From NCBI GenBank assembly GCA_964016885.1, contig OZ024744.1, forward strand, positions 83,080,001 to 83,144,000: a stretch of 64,000 nucleotides of DNA. The letters are read 5' to 3'. Every line of letters starts with the position of its first letter. Positions within the stretch are counted from its first letter, which is position 1. The notes below the pieces were generated by a model. That model was not told the DNA's origin. It saw nothing but the letters and a program-made list of their open reading frames with translations, and made no database searches. The DNA comes from Eledone cirrhosa. Its lineage: Eukaryota. The position numbers and the translations under genes were made by a program. Shown here piece by piece: positions 11,901 through 23,591 of the stretch.

Positions 11901-14880
11901 TAGTGTTGGTGTGGTGTATGGCAGTGTTGGTGTGCTCTATGGTAGTGTTGGTGTGGTGTATGGTAGTGTTGATGTGGTGTATGGCAGTGTTGGTATGCTG
12001 TATGGTAGTGTTGGTGTGGTGTATGGTAGTGTTGGTGTGGTGTATGGTAGTGTTGGTGTGGTGTATGGTAGTGTTGGTGTGGTGTATGGTAGTGTTGGTG
12101 TTCTGTATCGTAGTGTTGGTGTGGTGTAATGTAGTGTTGGTGTGGTGTATGGTAGTGTTGGTGTGGTGTATGGTAGCGTTAGTGTTATGTATGGTAGTGT
12201 TGGTGTGGTGTATGGCAGTGTTGGTGTGGTGTATGGTAGTGTTGGTGTGGTATATGGTAGTGTTGGTGTGGTGTATGATAGTGTTTGTTTGGTGTATGGT
12301 AGTGTTGGTGTGGTGTAAGTTAGTGTTGGTGTGCTGTATGGCAGTGTTGGAGTGGTGTAAGGTAGTGTTGGTGTGGTGTATGGTAGTGTTGGTGTGGTGT
12401 ATGGTAGTGTTGGTGTGGTCTATGGTGGTGTTGGTGTGGTGTAAGGTGGTGTTGGTGTGGTCGTGTATGGTAGTGTTGGTGTGGTGTATGGTAGTGTTAG
12501 TGTTATGTATGGTAGTGTTAGTGTTATGTATGGTAGTGTTGGTGTGGTGTATGGTAGCGTTGGTGTGGTGTATGGTAGTGTTAGTGTGTTGTATGGTAGT
12601 GTTAGTGTTATGTATGGTAGTGTTGGTGTGGTGTATGGCAGTGTTGGTGTGGTGTATGGTAGTGTCGGTGTGGTGTATGGTAGTGTTGGTGTGGTGTATT
12701 GTAGTGTTTGCATGGTGTATGGTAGTGTTGGTGTGATGTGTGGTGGTGTTGTTGTGGGGTAAAGTATTGTTCGTGTGGTGTATGGTAGTGTTAGTGTAGT
12801 GTATGGTAGTGTTGGTGTGGTGTATGGTAGTGTATGGTAGTGTTAGTGTGGTGTATGGTAGTGTTGGTGTGGTGTATGGTAGTGTTGGTGTGGTGTATGG
12901 TAGTGTTAGTGTGGTGTATGGCAGTGTTCGTGTGGTGTATGGTAGTGTTTTTGTGGTGTATGGCAGTGGTGGTGTGGTGTATGGTAGTGTTGGTGTGGTG
13001 TATGGCCCTGTTAGTGTGGTGTATGTTAGTGTTGGTATGGACTATGGTAGTGTTGGTGTGGTGTATGGTAGTATTGGTGTGGTGTATGGTAGTGTTAGTG
13101 TGGTGTATGGCAGTGTTGGTGTGGTGTATGGTAGTGTTGGTGTGGTGTATGGTAGTGGTGGTGTGGTATATGGCACTGTTAGTGTGGTGTATGTTAGTGT
13201 TGGTATGGTGTATGGTAGTGTTGGTGTAGTGTATGGTAGTGTTGGTATGGTGTATTGTAGTGTTGGTGTAGTGTATGGTAGTGTTGGTGTGGTGTATCCT
13301 AGTGTTAGTGTGGTGTATGGTAGTGTTAGTGTGGTGTATGGTAGTGTTGGTGTGGTGTGTGGTAGTGTGGTGTATGTTAGTGTTGGTATGGTAGTGTTGG
13401 TGTAGTGTATGGTAGTGTTGGTATGGTGTATTGTAGTGTTGGTCTGCTGTACGGTAGTGTTGGTGTGGTGTGTGGTAGTGTTGGTATGGACTATGGTAGT
13501 GTTAGTGTAGTGTATGGTAGTGTTGGTGTGGTGTATGGTAGTGTTGGTGTGGTGTATGGTAGTGTTAGTGTGGTGTATGGCAGTGTTGGTGTGGTGTATG
13601 GTAGTGTTAGTGTGGTGTATGGTAGTGTTAGTGTGGTGTATAGCAGTGTTGGTGTGGTGTATGGTAGTGTTGGTGTGGTGTATGGTAGTCCTGGTGTGGT
13701 GTATGGTAGTGTTGGTGTAGTGTATGGTAGTGTTAGTGTGGTGTATGGTAGTGTTAGTGTGGTGTATGGCAGTGTTGGTGTGGTGTATGGTAGTGTTGGT
13801 GTGGTGTATGGTAGTGTTAGTGTGGTGTATGGTAGTGTTGGTGTGGTGTATGGTAGTGTTGGTGTGGTATATGGTAGTGTTGGTATGGACTATGGCAGTG
13901 TTGGTGTGGTGTATGGTAGTGTTGGTGTGATCTATGGCACTGTTAGTGTTGTGTATGGTAGTGTTGGTGTGGTGTATGGTAGTGTTGGTGTGGTGTATGG
14001 TAGTGTTGGTGTGGTGTATGGTAGTGTTGGTGTGGTGTATGGTAGTGTTGGTGTAGTGTATGGTAGTGTTGGTGTTGTGTATGGTAGTGTTGGTGTGGTG
14101 TATGGCAGTGTTGGTGTGGTGTATGGTAGTGTTGGTGTGGTGTATGGTAGTGTTGGTGTGGTGTATGGTAGTGTTGGTGTGGTGTATGGTAGTGTTGGTG
14201 TAGTGTATGGTAGTGTTGGTGTGGTGTATGGCAGTGTTGGTGTGGTGTATGGTAGTGTTGGTATGGTGTATGGTAGTGTTAGTGTGGTGTATGGTAGTGT
14301 TGGTGTGGTGTATGGTAGTGTTGGTGTGGTGTATGGTAGTGTTGGTATGGACTATGGCAGTGTTGGTGTGGTGTATGGTAGTGTTGGTGTGGTGTATGGT
14401 AGTGTTGGTGTAGTGTATGGTAGTGTTGGTGTTGTGTATGGTAGTGTTGGTGTGGTGCATGGCAGTGTTGGTGTGGTGTATGGTGGTGTTGGTGTGGTGT
14501 ATGGTAGTGTTGGTGTGGTGTATGGTAGTGTTGGTGTGGTGTATGGTAGTGTTAGTGTGGTGTATGGCAGTGTTGGTGTGGTGTATGATAGTGTTGGTGT
14601 GGTGTATGGTAGTGTTGGTGTGGTGTATGGCAGTGTTGGTGTGGTGTATGTTAGTGTTGGTATGGACTATGGTAGTGTTGGTGTGGTGTGTGGTGGTGTA
14701 TGCTAGTATTCTGTGGTGTATGGTAGAGTAGGTGTGGTGTATGGTAGTGTTGGTGTCGTGTATGTTAGTGCTAGTGTGGTGTATGTTAGTGTTGGTGTGG
14801 ACTATGGTAGTGTTGATGTGGTGCATGATAGTGTTAGCGTGGTGAAAGATATTATTGGCTTGGTGTATAGTAGTATTGAT
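5950..14880. repeat. 21-bp minisatellite array, consensus GTATGGTAGTGTTGGTGTGGT, roughly 420 units, with higher-order repeats
   Basis: Directly visible; ends decay gradually; the HHTNTTI, YTTPTLP and VVYGSVG ORFs are translations of the unit. Confidence 0.98.
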
Positions 14881-14896
14881 ATATATACATCAATAC

Positions 14897-15152
<256 letters not shown>

Positions 15153-15717
15153 GGTATTCTTTATATAGTACGTGGTAGTGTTAGTGTTGAGCTGTACAAA
15201 TGTGCGTTGTACAGTACATTTTTGTTGTGTAGTGGTGTCTATATGTGCTATGAAGGTCTTTGTATATTTTATGGAATTGTTAGTGTTTTGTGAGGTAATT
15301 AGATAAAAAAATATTGTTAGTTTGTTTTGAAAGGTTTATTCAGTTGATCGTTTAATGTCATGTTTAACAATATATATATCCAAAATTTGTTTTTACTTTT
15401 CCACCGTATATTCAAAATTCCAGACTGTTTTATGTTATTTTTTACGATCTAGTTTCTTAGTGGTTAAGCCCAACTAATTTAAATTGCCCATAGAAAGACG
15501 TTACACAGTTCTTTCATTGCCCAAACGAGCAACTCCGTTAAAAAACAATATATGTCCATTCAAACATACAATGCTCTCTAGGTTACGTTTATTCTGATGG
15601 AGCATAAAATCACAAGGTTTGTGTGAAATCTCAAAGAAATGTAACAATACTTTGAGTCTTCTTTTACCGAATATAATAGGAATTTTAGGATAATATATAT
15701 GAATGGATTTTAAGTAC

Positions 15718-15927
15718 TAATAATGGTTTCTGATATAGGTACAAGGCAGCAATTTGAAGGGGAGGGGAACGTCGATTAAATCGATCCTGGTACTTACTGG
15801 TATTTTATTTTATCGATGAAAGGCAAAGTTAACCTTGTCAGGATTTGAACTCAGGTCGTAAAGAGCCATAACACTATGCCATAAAGCATGTAGTCCGACT
15901 CTCTAATGGCACTGCTAATCCACCACC
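15718..15927 (-). mobile_element. tRNA-derived SINE (family 1, diverged)
   Basis: ggatttgaactc (B box on minus strand) and tgaaaggcaaagttaacc body shared with other copies. Confidence 0.8.
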
Positions 15928-15958
15928 CCTAAGTACTAATAATACTTCGTGAATACTT

Positions 15959-18900
15959 TAATAATAATAATACTTCTTCCTTTATTGGCTACAAGGGCCA
16001 ACATGTGTAGGATAAAACAAAAGCCAGAGAATTACAAAAAATTGAAAAAGTGTAAACAAATAAAACAGATAACAATAAACAGAAAATTAATAACAATAAA
16101 AAATACCCATAAATGGGGGGATCACCACCCAGGGCTAATACGGAACCCTACAGACCCTAAACCATCTTAATCACAAAGAACACCATACGAAGTGGCCCTC
16201 TTTTTTAGAAACTCTCCAACCTATAGACGTATTTAAAGAGTAGGCCCATTCACTCAAGCCATCCTTTCTACGTTCACCCGCCCTTTAATAAATGTATTGG
16301 AATGCAGCACTCCCCACTACTCCTTCCCCTTCCTTTCCAAGTGGGATTTTAAAATGTTGATGAAGAGGAAAGTGTCTGTCTGCAATCCTTTCAGTCGCAT
16401 TTACCACACAACATCTTTCACCACATCTACCTGACAAAAGAAACCGCCCGCCCTTCAGATAAAAGGAAGGTAACGGGGTGATTTTCATGAGGGAGTCGGC
16501 CGTTAGCCGGATCCATAATATACCCAACATTAGTTGTTCGACAAAACTCTACAGATCAGTAATGCTCAGGCACTGGACGAATGCGTGTAGAACGGTTTTG
16601 TTGTTGTTCTGCTTGCATCTCAGAGAGCTCCGCCTGACAGCACTTCCGTCCGGAAGAGTTTGTGAAGGAATGGCAGTGCTCCCCGGTAGTACTGCCAGGC
16701 CAGGGATATCTGGAAATTACACATACTCCCCGGCTCAAACATTTCTGGAACAGAATAGCTAGTACGTTTTCATCAAAGCCCAGAGTCCCTCCGAAAGTGT
16801 TGTCGTACTTGAGTGCAACTAGTCCTCTGTAGAACGCTAGAGTGGCGTTTCCACTGACCACATTGCACAAATTGTAGAGGGCGGTGAGCGACTGATAACA
16901 TTCCAGGTGTCCAGTATCTGTCTTTTCTTGACCCAGGACTGCAGCTGATTTAAAGAAACGAGCTCCGGAAACACTGACAGATAGCGACCACACATGTTCA
17001 CCGTTTCAAAATATTTGGAGACGTCATAGCCTCAACGCAAATTTGTGCGTCATCCACCGCGGCATACTCATCCATCCGTGATAAAGAGTGTTGGCATTTG
17101 ATGAAGCGCCTCATCAATGGAAACTGTTCCCTCTACAAAAGGGTGAAGAGCAGCCGCTTTAATTTGACGAAGCGTGAACGGGGACAAGACGGTTAGGTGG
17201 TAATGACGGCCGCGATGTACGCGTTCACCACCTCTGTCCGACCTGTCAGGGATAGTTTTCTCTCCGCCCATATCGGGATGAGAGTGGCCACACCACTCGT
17301 TACCACGTTCCATTTCTTATTCACCTGGAAGTCTTGATCAAACCAGACTCCGAGCAACTTCACCAGTTCGTCTGTCCAGCTTCCGACAACGCTGTTAAAG
17401 GGCATAGATTTGAACTGCAAACGCAGCGACTTGTCCTGGTTAGTCTATGCTCCCATCAACGTTACATATTCCTTGTTGTTGACTACATAGATTTCAGAGG
17501 TATTCGACACTACTACGAAGACGTTGCCCGCGTATGCCGGCGCTGTTTTTTCACGCCCCGGCTCGCGTGGGATGCTCTGAAACAGCCCCAGCTTTCGCAA
17601 TAGTGGCTCGAGCGTTAGTACGTATATAATTGTTTCTACTTTAGGCACAAGGCCTGCAATTACCCAGTTCATTACTGGTACTTTATTTTATCGACCCCGT
17701 TAGGATAAAAGGCAAAGTCAACCTCGGCGGGATTTGAACTCAGATCGTAAAGCGACGTAACTATGCTGGAAATCATGGCGTCCGACCCTCTACCGATACT
17801 GCCAATCCTGGAAGAGAGAATACATCTTTGATGAACCGAGTGCGTGATCAGGAACGGTTTGTTAATCGAGCAGATACCGTTGTGAATCGCAGTGATCCGG
17901 CCTCTAAAAATGGGACCGAAGCCAGCTGCTTTGAGGACGGACAGGCCCCAGCTATGGATGGTCGACTCTATTGAAAACTTTCCATTAATCCAAATTGTTC
18001 AGTTCCCCAATAAAGCCAAGTTTAATCCTGACCCTTTCCATGATGTATCACATGAGAAATAGGTTGTAGTGTATGGATTTGGTTCTGATTGCAGCTCCTC
18101 CACGAGACTCATGACAACCTGGTTGCTAGCTTCTCGGGTGAAATCTTCAATTTTCTGTTTAGCAGAATAATGAGCCAGAAAATATTTATAAAGTCCTCCT
18201 GCTTCTCGTCTTTCCTATTCAGCGTCACTACGCCCCGATTTAGAGACCTGGGAATTCTCATGTTCTGTTGCCAATTGCAGTAGACGGCTTAAAGGAAACT
18301 GGAGAACAAGTCTGGCATGTCTACGTAACTTTGTAGAGTAGACTATCCAAACCGGTTTATTGGCGCGTCATACAGTCGGTCAGAGCTTTCCATATCTGGG
18401 CTACTTTTATTGACTTTTCACTGCTCTCTACACCATTCGTTGCGAGTCGCGGTAGGGAGTCGAGGTAGGAGCTGAACTCCTCCCGAACATTCACGCAATT
18501 TCTGCCGCAACGCCGCACACATCTGCTTCAAAGACGAAATTGTAGCATTGTGGCTACGTTGCGTCACCACCAGTTTTCGTTCTCTCGTTTCTTAGAGCAC
18601 GCTTTCACATTCAAAAAAATGTTCCAGTGCCATTCACGCACGTCGGTTGCAATTCCACTCATAATCGCATCCCTAATTTGGTTATTAACTTCCTCTTCTT
18701 TCTATTTTTGCTATGGCTACTTCTTTAATAAATGCTATCGAATCTATTCTAATTGCTCTGTTGAGGTCGTGCCTCAACCTGTTGCTGACGACTGCCCCTG
18801 TCAACTAGTACTTAACTAGTGTGCTAATCTGGTCGCTGTTGGCTTCATGCACTGGGATAGACACATTAAGTTTCCACCATCCAGGTTTCTGTCTATGTGT

Positions 18901-20790
18901 GGTATCTCTGTCGACCATGCAAAACACGAATCTGTGGTCTGAATAGGCGACCGCTGGAAATTGTGGTCAACCGATGCTATCTTATCTTCTAACCTAATTA
19001 GAAACCTATCTAAATATGATTTAGATTCCCCTATGTTGTTTGTCCAGGTCCACAATGGCGCATCTTGTCTGTAATTTTCAAATAGTTCAAATGCCTGATC
19101 AAGTTCTTGAGACTGTTACAGCCCTTACTTCAATAAGCTAATCCCATACAATCCCACCGTGCGTCTATGATACCGTTCCAGTCTCCTGCTAACAGTAAAC
19201 GGTGAGACGTTCATAGAAAGGCTTCCAGGCGCCTAAAGAAATCTGACCGACCTGCCTCAGTCGGGACGTAGACGGCCAAAAGTCTGAAATAATCACTCTC
19301 GACACTTCTTACATACAGAAGCCCCTGCCTTCCGTTCAGGTCCAGGAAGACCATCCTTACTCCGAGGTCCATGTCTTTCCTAAACAGCACTGCCACAACG
19401 CCTCCCATTTCAGGCCGACCAAACGATGTGTAGACCTTTCTTAAAGTCGTCAGGAACGGGGGCTAGAATTCTCGTGTCGGAACCTGCAAGTTTAGGTTGA
19501 AGTAAAAAAGCCACGTTGCCATCAATGTAGCGAAAGTAGCCACTTGAGAGTATTTTGCCCGCAACGGAAGACTGGGAATAACCCTGGAAGGTGAATTAAG
19601 TTTGGGATCTTGACACTTTTGTCTGGATTCATATAATGGAGCACCTCCAAATTAATCCAAGACCAGTGTTCTCTGTGTTCGATTACCTCCTGGAAGGTAT
19701 CATTCCCTTGCAGGACCACGCATGCCATGATCTACCAGATATTCACCTCTGGTGGGATATCAGAAATTCAAACCTTTACTGTTCTCTTCCCTAAATATGA
19801 AGGGAAAAGCACCACTGAAGTTTTACGGTCAGCAGCACTTCACTCTTAAAGAGCACTGAAATGCCCGCATAATTTCTGGTTCTTGAAATGCGTGCATTAT
19901 GTTTTTCAGTGCTCTTTCCACTTCTGTCTGTATGGTTGGCTTTGGTCGTCTCGTCTTTGCGGAAATTGATCTATACTTTAAGGTTTGTTTTCGTTGCTGC
20001 CAACATCTCTGAAAATTAGTGTGTTGGTGGATGGCTATATCTATGCGAACTTTTTGAACTTGGATTAGTTTGGTTGCTTGGACCAAATATGCGTCTTTCT
20101 CTGAAATGCTCATTGTGAAACATTTGTTGCTTTTGCTGCGGTTGTTGCAAATGTAATGTTATTGTCGTTATTGTTGCTATTTTGTTCGTGCTATGGTTGT
20201 TGTTGCTATTTTTCTTGTCATTCATGTCTGTGTTACTATTTTTTCTGTTGTTAGTTTCTGTAACATATTTGGTGGTATTGGTGGTGTCTGTAGTTGTGTT
20301 GGTGTTAGCGCTTGCGCTAGTGTTGTTTTTTGTTGTTTTGTTGTTTTTTGTTGTGTTCATTTTATTAGGGTGTGGTTCTTTTTATTGTGATGTTGACGGT
20401 GTTAAATTCGAAAATTCTGTCATATATTTTTCTCGTACCAAGTTGTTGGTTCTTTTACTGTAGTTACTGTCATTTCTTTATGTTATTCTTGCTGCTACTG
20501 GCGTTGATATTTTAAAAACTTTACCTGTCATATTTTGTGGACAGTCGTCTGTTCATACCAGCAGAGGAATTCTTCTCGTTCACCGTGTCTATTTTTTTTA
20601 AAATGAGGGGAGTTTTTTGTGAAAGGAAACACAAAACTTTCCGCTTTATAGGGAAACCAACCACCTCTCCAAGAAGATGGCTGGTTTAGTCATAAAACAA
20701 TATGCAATGTTTAAACAAATGTATTTAGAAACCCGTTCACAAATGAACTTACTCCATCGACGTGTTCAACATCTCGAGTGACTCAATCAC
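15959..20790 (-). mobile_element. Decayed Tx1/L1-clade LINE, copy A (ORF1, AP endonuclease, RT), interrupted by a SINE
   Basis: GGVVAVLFRK, RLLAVYVPT, SYLDRFLI (APE); YVLTLEPLLRKL, YAGN, VKLLGVWF (RT); Asn/Thr-rich ORF1 N-terminus; 3' ggcccttgtagccaataaa plus (ATT)n tail; many stops and frameshifts. Confidence 0.88.
17628..17808 (-). mobile_element. tRNA-derived SINE (family 1) inserted into the RT region of LINE copy A
   Basis: A box TGGCAGTATCGG and B box GAGTTCAAATCC on minus strand; splits the QRCILSS/LYVLTLEP coding stretch. Confidence 0.92.
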
Positions 20791-21060
20791 AACAACAACA
20801 ATAATAATAATAATTTCTTTATTAGCCAGCAGGACTTGCACATAGAATACAGTAAATATTATAAACATAGGAGATATGATACATACAGGATTGGATAAAC
20901 GATGATAGAGCCAAGAGTATTTTACAATGAACGGACAAATTTGATTAAAAATGAAATACAAGTATAAATGTATTTTTTGACACAATAATTAATAATATAT
21001 GTTATAAAACTTGGAAAAAATTTAGGGCTAACCATCGACACAACACACAAATGTAGAAAA
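20791..21060 (-). mobile_element. 3' UTR fragment of a Tx1-like LINE (copy F)
   Basis: Minus strand ends ggctaataaagaaatt(att)n, matching the 3' ends of copies C, D and E. Confidence 0.6.
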
Positions 21061-21848
21061 CTCCTATTTAACCCTTCAGCATTTAAACAGGCCGTATACG
21101 GCCAGAATTCTCTCACCTCTTTCTATTCAAACTGGCTCTAACTAGCTACTCATACTTATGTTATGGTATTATTCTCAAAATAAATAATATCAAAATCTCA
21201 TAGATTCAATATTATGTGAGATAATTATGTGAGGTAAAGCCTTTACCGGGAAAATACAATAGTAAATATATAGTAATGTAAATGCTAAAGGATTAAGACG
21301 AGTCACAACAGCTCACATTTCTGCTAAACTATCAGGGATCACCCACATCCTTCATAAACATTTCTTCAATAGGATTATCAAGAAAAAGACCCTCATCTTC
21401 TGGACAAAATGACTTAAGATCTAATTGTTTGCTATGTGTATAAATAACTTGCGTATTTCTTCTTTGAGTACATTTCCACGGTGACTCGTCACACAGGGTG
21501 TATTATAACTCAGGCAGTTTCCCAATATAGGTGTGTTATTCTCTTTCTTGATTTACTACTTTAAATTAAGTCTGACAAGCCATATTGTTAGATTTAGTAT
21601 TTTTTCATCCTAGCAAACCTGGTCCTTTACAATCGGACACATGTATGTTTATATTTGTGTTTATCTCTCTTGTATGTTCAATTATATTACACGACTCAGA
21701 AAAACTTCTTTCTTAGAGCTATTTAATAAGTTGTTGGTTATTCAACAAATCAAATTTATTTATAACAGATTCGAGGCATTCTACAGGTTTTCTGGAATAT
21801 AATATCAATGATATTAATAAATGGAAACTATATTTATAAAACCATATT

Positions 21849-21909
21849 TATTTTATTATACATATTTCAAGGGTACCAACATTTTGGTACGCTCTCATCA
21901 GATAAAATA
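21849..21909 (-). ncRNA. Minimal type I hammerhead ribozyme
   Basis: tattttat-CTGATGA-gagcgtacca[aaatgt]tggtaccctt-GAAA-tatgta-TA-ataaaata; 8-bp stem I and intact core. Confidence 0.75.
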
Positions 21910-21922
21910 CAAAATTAGTTTT

Positions 21923-22001
21923 ATAAATGGTGACATACCCAAGAAACCAGACCTTATCGGTTAGCGATAAGGTCTGGTTTCTTGGGTATGTCACCATTTA
22001 T
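21923..22001. repeat. Perfect inverted repeat, 37-bp arms with 5-nt spacer
   Basis: ataaatggtgacatacccaagaaaccagaccttatcg-gttag-cgataaggtctggtttcttgggtatgtcaccatttat. Confidence 0.95.
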
Positions 22002-22278
22002 TAATATCATTGATATATATATATATGGGGTGGGGTGTGTGCGTGTGTGCGTGTGTGTGTGTGTGTGTGTGTTAGTATCTCAGCACACGTGTATTCCCCA
22101 CTTCATTTTTCTCTGCTTTCTTACTTGCCTCTGTTTTGCGTAACCTTCTCTTCTTACTGTTTATATCTTCCGATGAGGGACGCGTCTCCAACAGGTTACA
22201 AGTGTTGGGTATGCTATCAAGTGTTAAACCATTTGTGGACTGTGTTGGTCTCTTGTATATATTTTTTAACCATTTTAA

Positions 22279-22340
<62 letters not shown>

Positions 22341-22379
22341 CATACATATATATATATACTATGTATATAATATATATAT

Positions 22380-22486
<107 letters not shown>

Positions 22487-22679
22487 GATGGCTGCCCCCT
22501 CGTTATTGAGTATGGCCATTGCACGATATACCATTATTAATAATTATTAATTAATTCTATCGTGCAATGCCTGTGCGTAATGATATTTTTTAAAGTGAGG
22601 AAAGACTGTGCACTGAGCCAATCCCACTCTCTGAGCGACATTAGCTATAACCCGAAAAGAAGAAAAGAACAACATCATC

Positions 22680-23035
22680 GGTAACTACTGAGCCGCAGGT
22701 TTTATATCGGAGTTATCCTAGTTTCCTGAGTTGCCTTCTCCTAGAAGAATGTCCTGACAAAAGCTAGGGCTCCTTCACTCCCAGTGGTTTAACCGCGCGA
22801 TCGGGTGTCCAGCCCGACTATTTCTATGTCGCCGCGCATATACATACATATGTACATGTGTATATAATACATATTTACACACTTTTGGAAGGCCATTGAC
22901 TCTTATGTGTTCTTCCGCCCTTTGTCAGGTTTTGTTTTTTGTCCTGCTGGGTGTCCCAAATCACCCTCCTCACCAAGTAAACATGGTGGGGTTGCCGGTT
23001 TAGTCACCGACGACCAGACCATGCGATAGGTTATT
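22680..23035 (-). mobile_element. Two short non-LTR retrotransposon 5' UTR-like fragments (RTE-like)
   Basis: GC-richer islands at about 22690-22837 and 22880-23030 separated by TA/CA repeats; family assignment by recalled resemblance only. Confidence 0.4.
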
Positions 23036-23057
23036 ACACATACATATATATATATTA

Positions 23058-23500
23058 TTCCAGTGTGTCCATGTAGGGGCTCCCACAGGAGCACTGAGTG
23101 CAATGTCAACTCTGGATGTCGGTGAGCATGTCCAGCTAACCTAAGTCTCCTTTGTGTCATTTTTTAATTGACTTTTGGGAGGCTCGCTTACAGCTCTGAG
23201 TTTTTCATCCTGAGTATATACTGATTAATGTTCAGAGCCATCTTCAGCATTCTCGTGTAGCACCCATCCACCATCTGAGTGAGTTTCTTGGTCAGTGTCC
23301 AAGTCTCAGACCCGTACAGCACCACAGACTCCACTACAACAATGGACACACTGGAAGAGGAAGACCAAGGTTAACGTATGTTGATGCCCTAAGGATAGAC
23401 ACTGGTCTGTTGAAGACGCAGGACATAGCAGCGATAATGAGGGACAGAGACCGCTGGAGAGAACTCGTTCATGGATCTCGGGAATTTTACCCGCCCTACA
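23058..23500. mobile_element. 5'-truncated and 5'-inverted RTE-clade LINE 3' end
   Basis: Minus 23340-23058 encodes VVESVVLYGSETWTLTKK...RRLRLAGHAHRH...LWEPLHGHTG; plus 23342-23500 continues GHTGRGRPRLTYVDAL...MRDRDRWRELV. Confidence 0.88.
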
Positions 23501-23559
23501 AATATATATATATATATAAAATATATATATATATATTATATATATAAAATATATATATC

Positions 23560-23591
<32 letters not shown>

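Noticed and set aside
5877-14826. Long His/Thr-rich, Pro/Thr-rich (mucin-like) and Val/Gly-rich ORFs
   Set aside because: They are translations of a 21-bp unit open in several frames on both strands, broken by frame-shifting indels, with no signal peptide or unique domain
5950-14880. CRISPR array or telomeric repeat
   Set aside because: No unique spacers, no cas genes, eukaryotic context, and the unit is not TTAGGG-like
22690-22837. HDV-like ribozyme on the minus strand
   Set aside because: A P1-like pairing followed by GG exists, but no L3 CC motif, convincing P2 or J4/2 could be assigned
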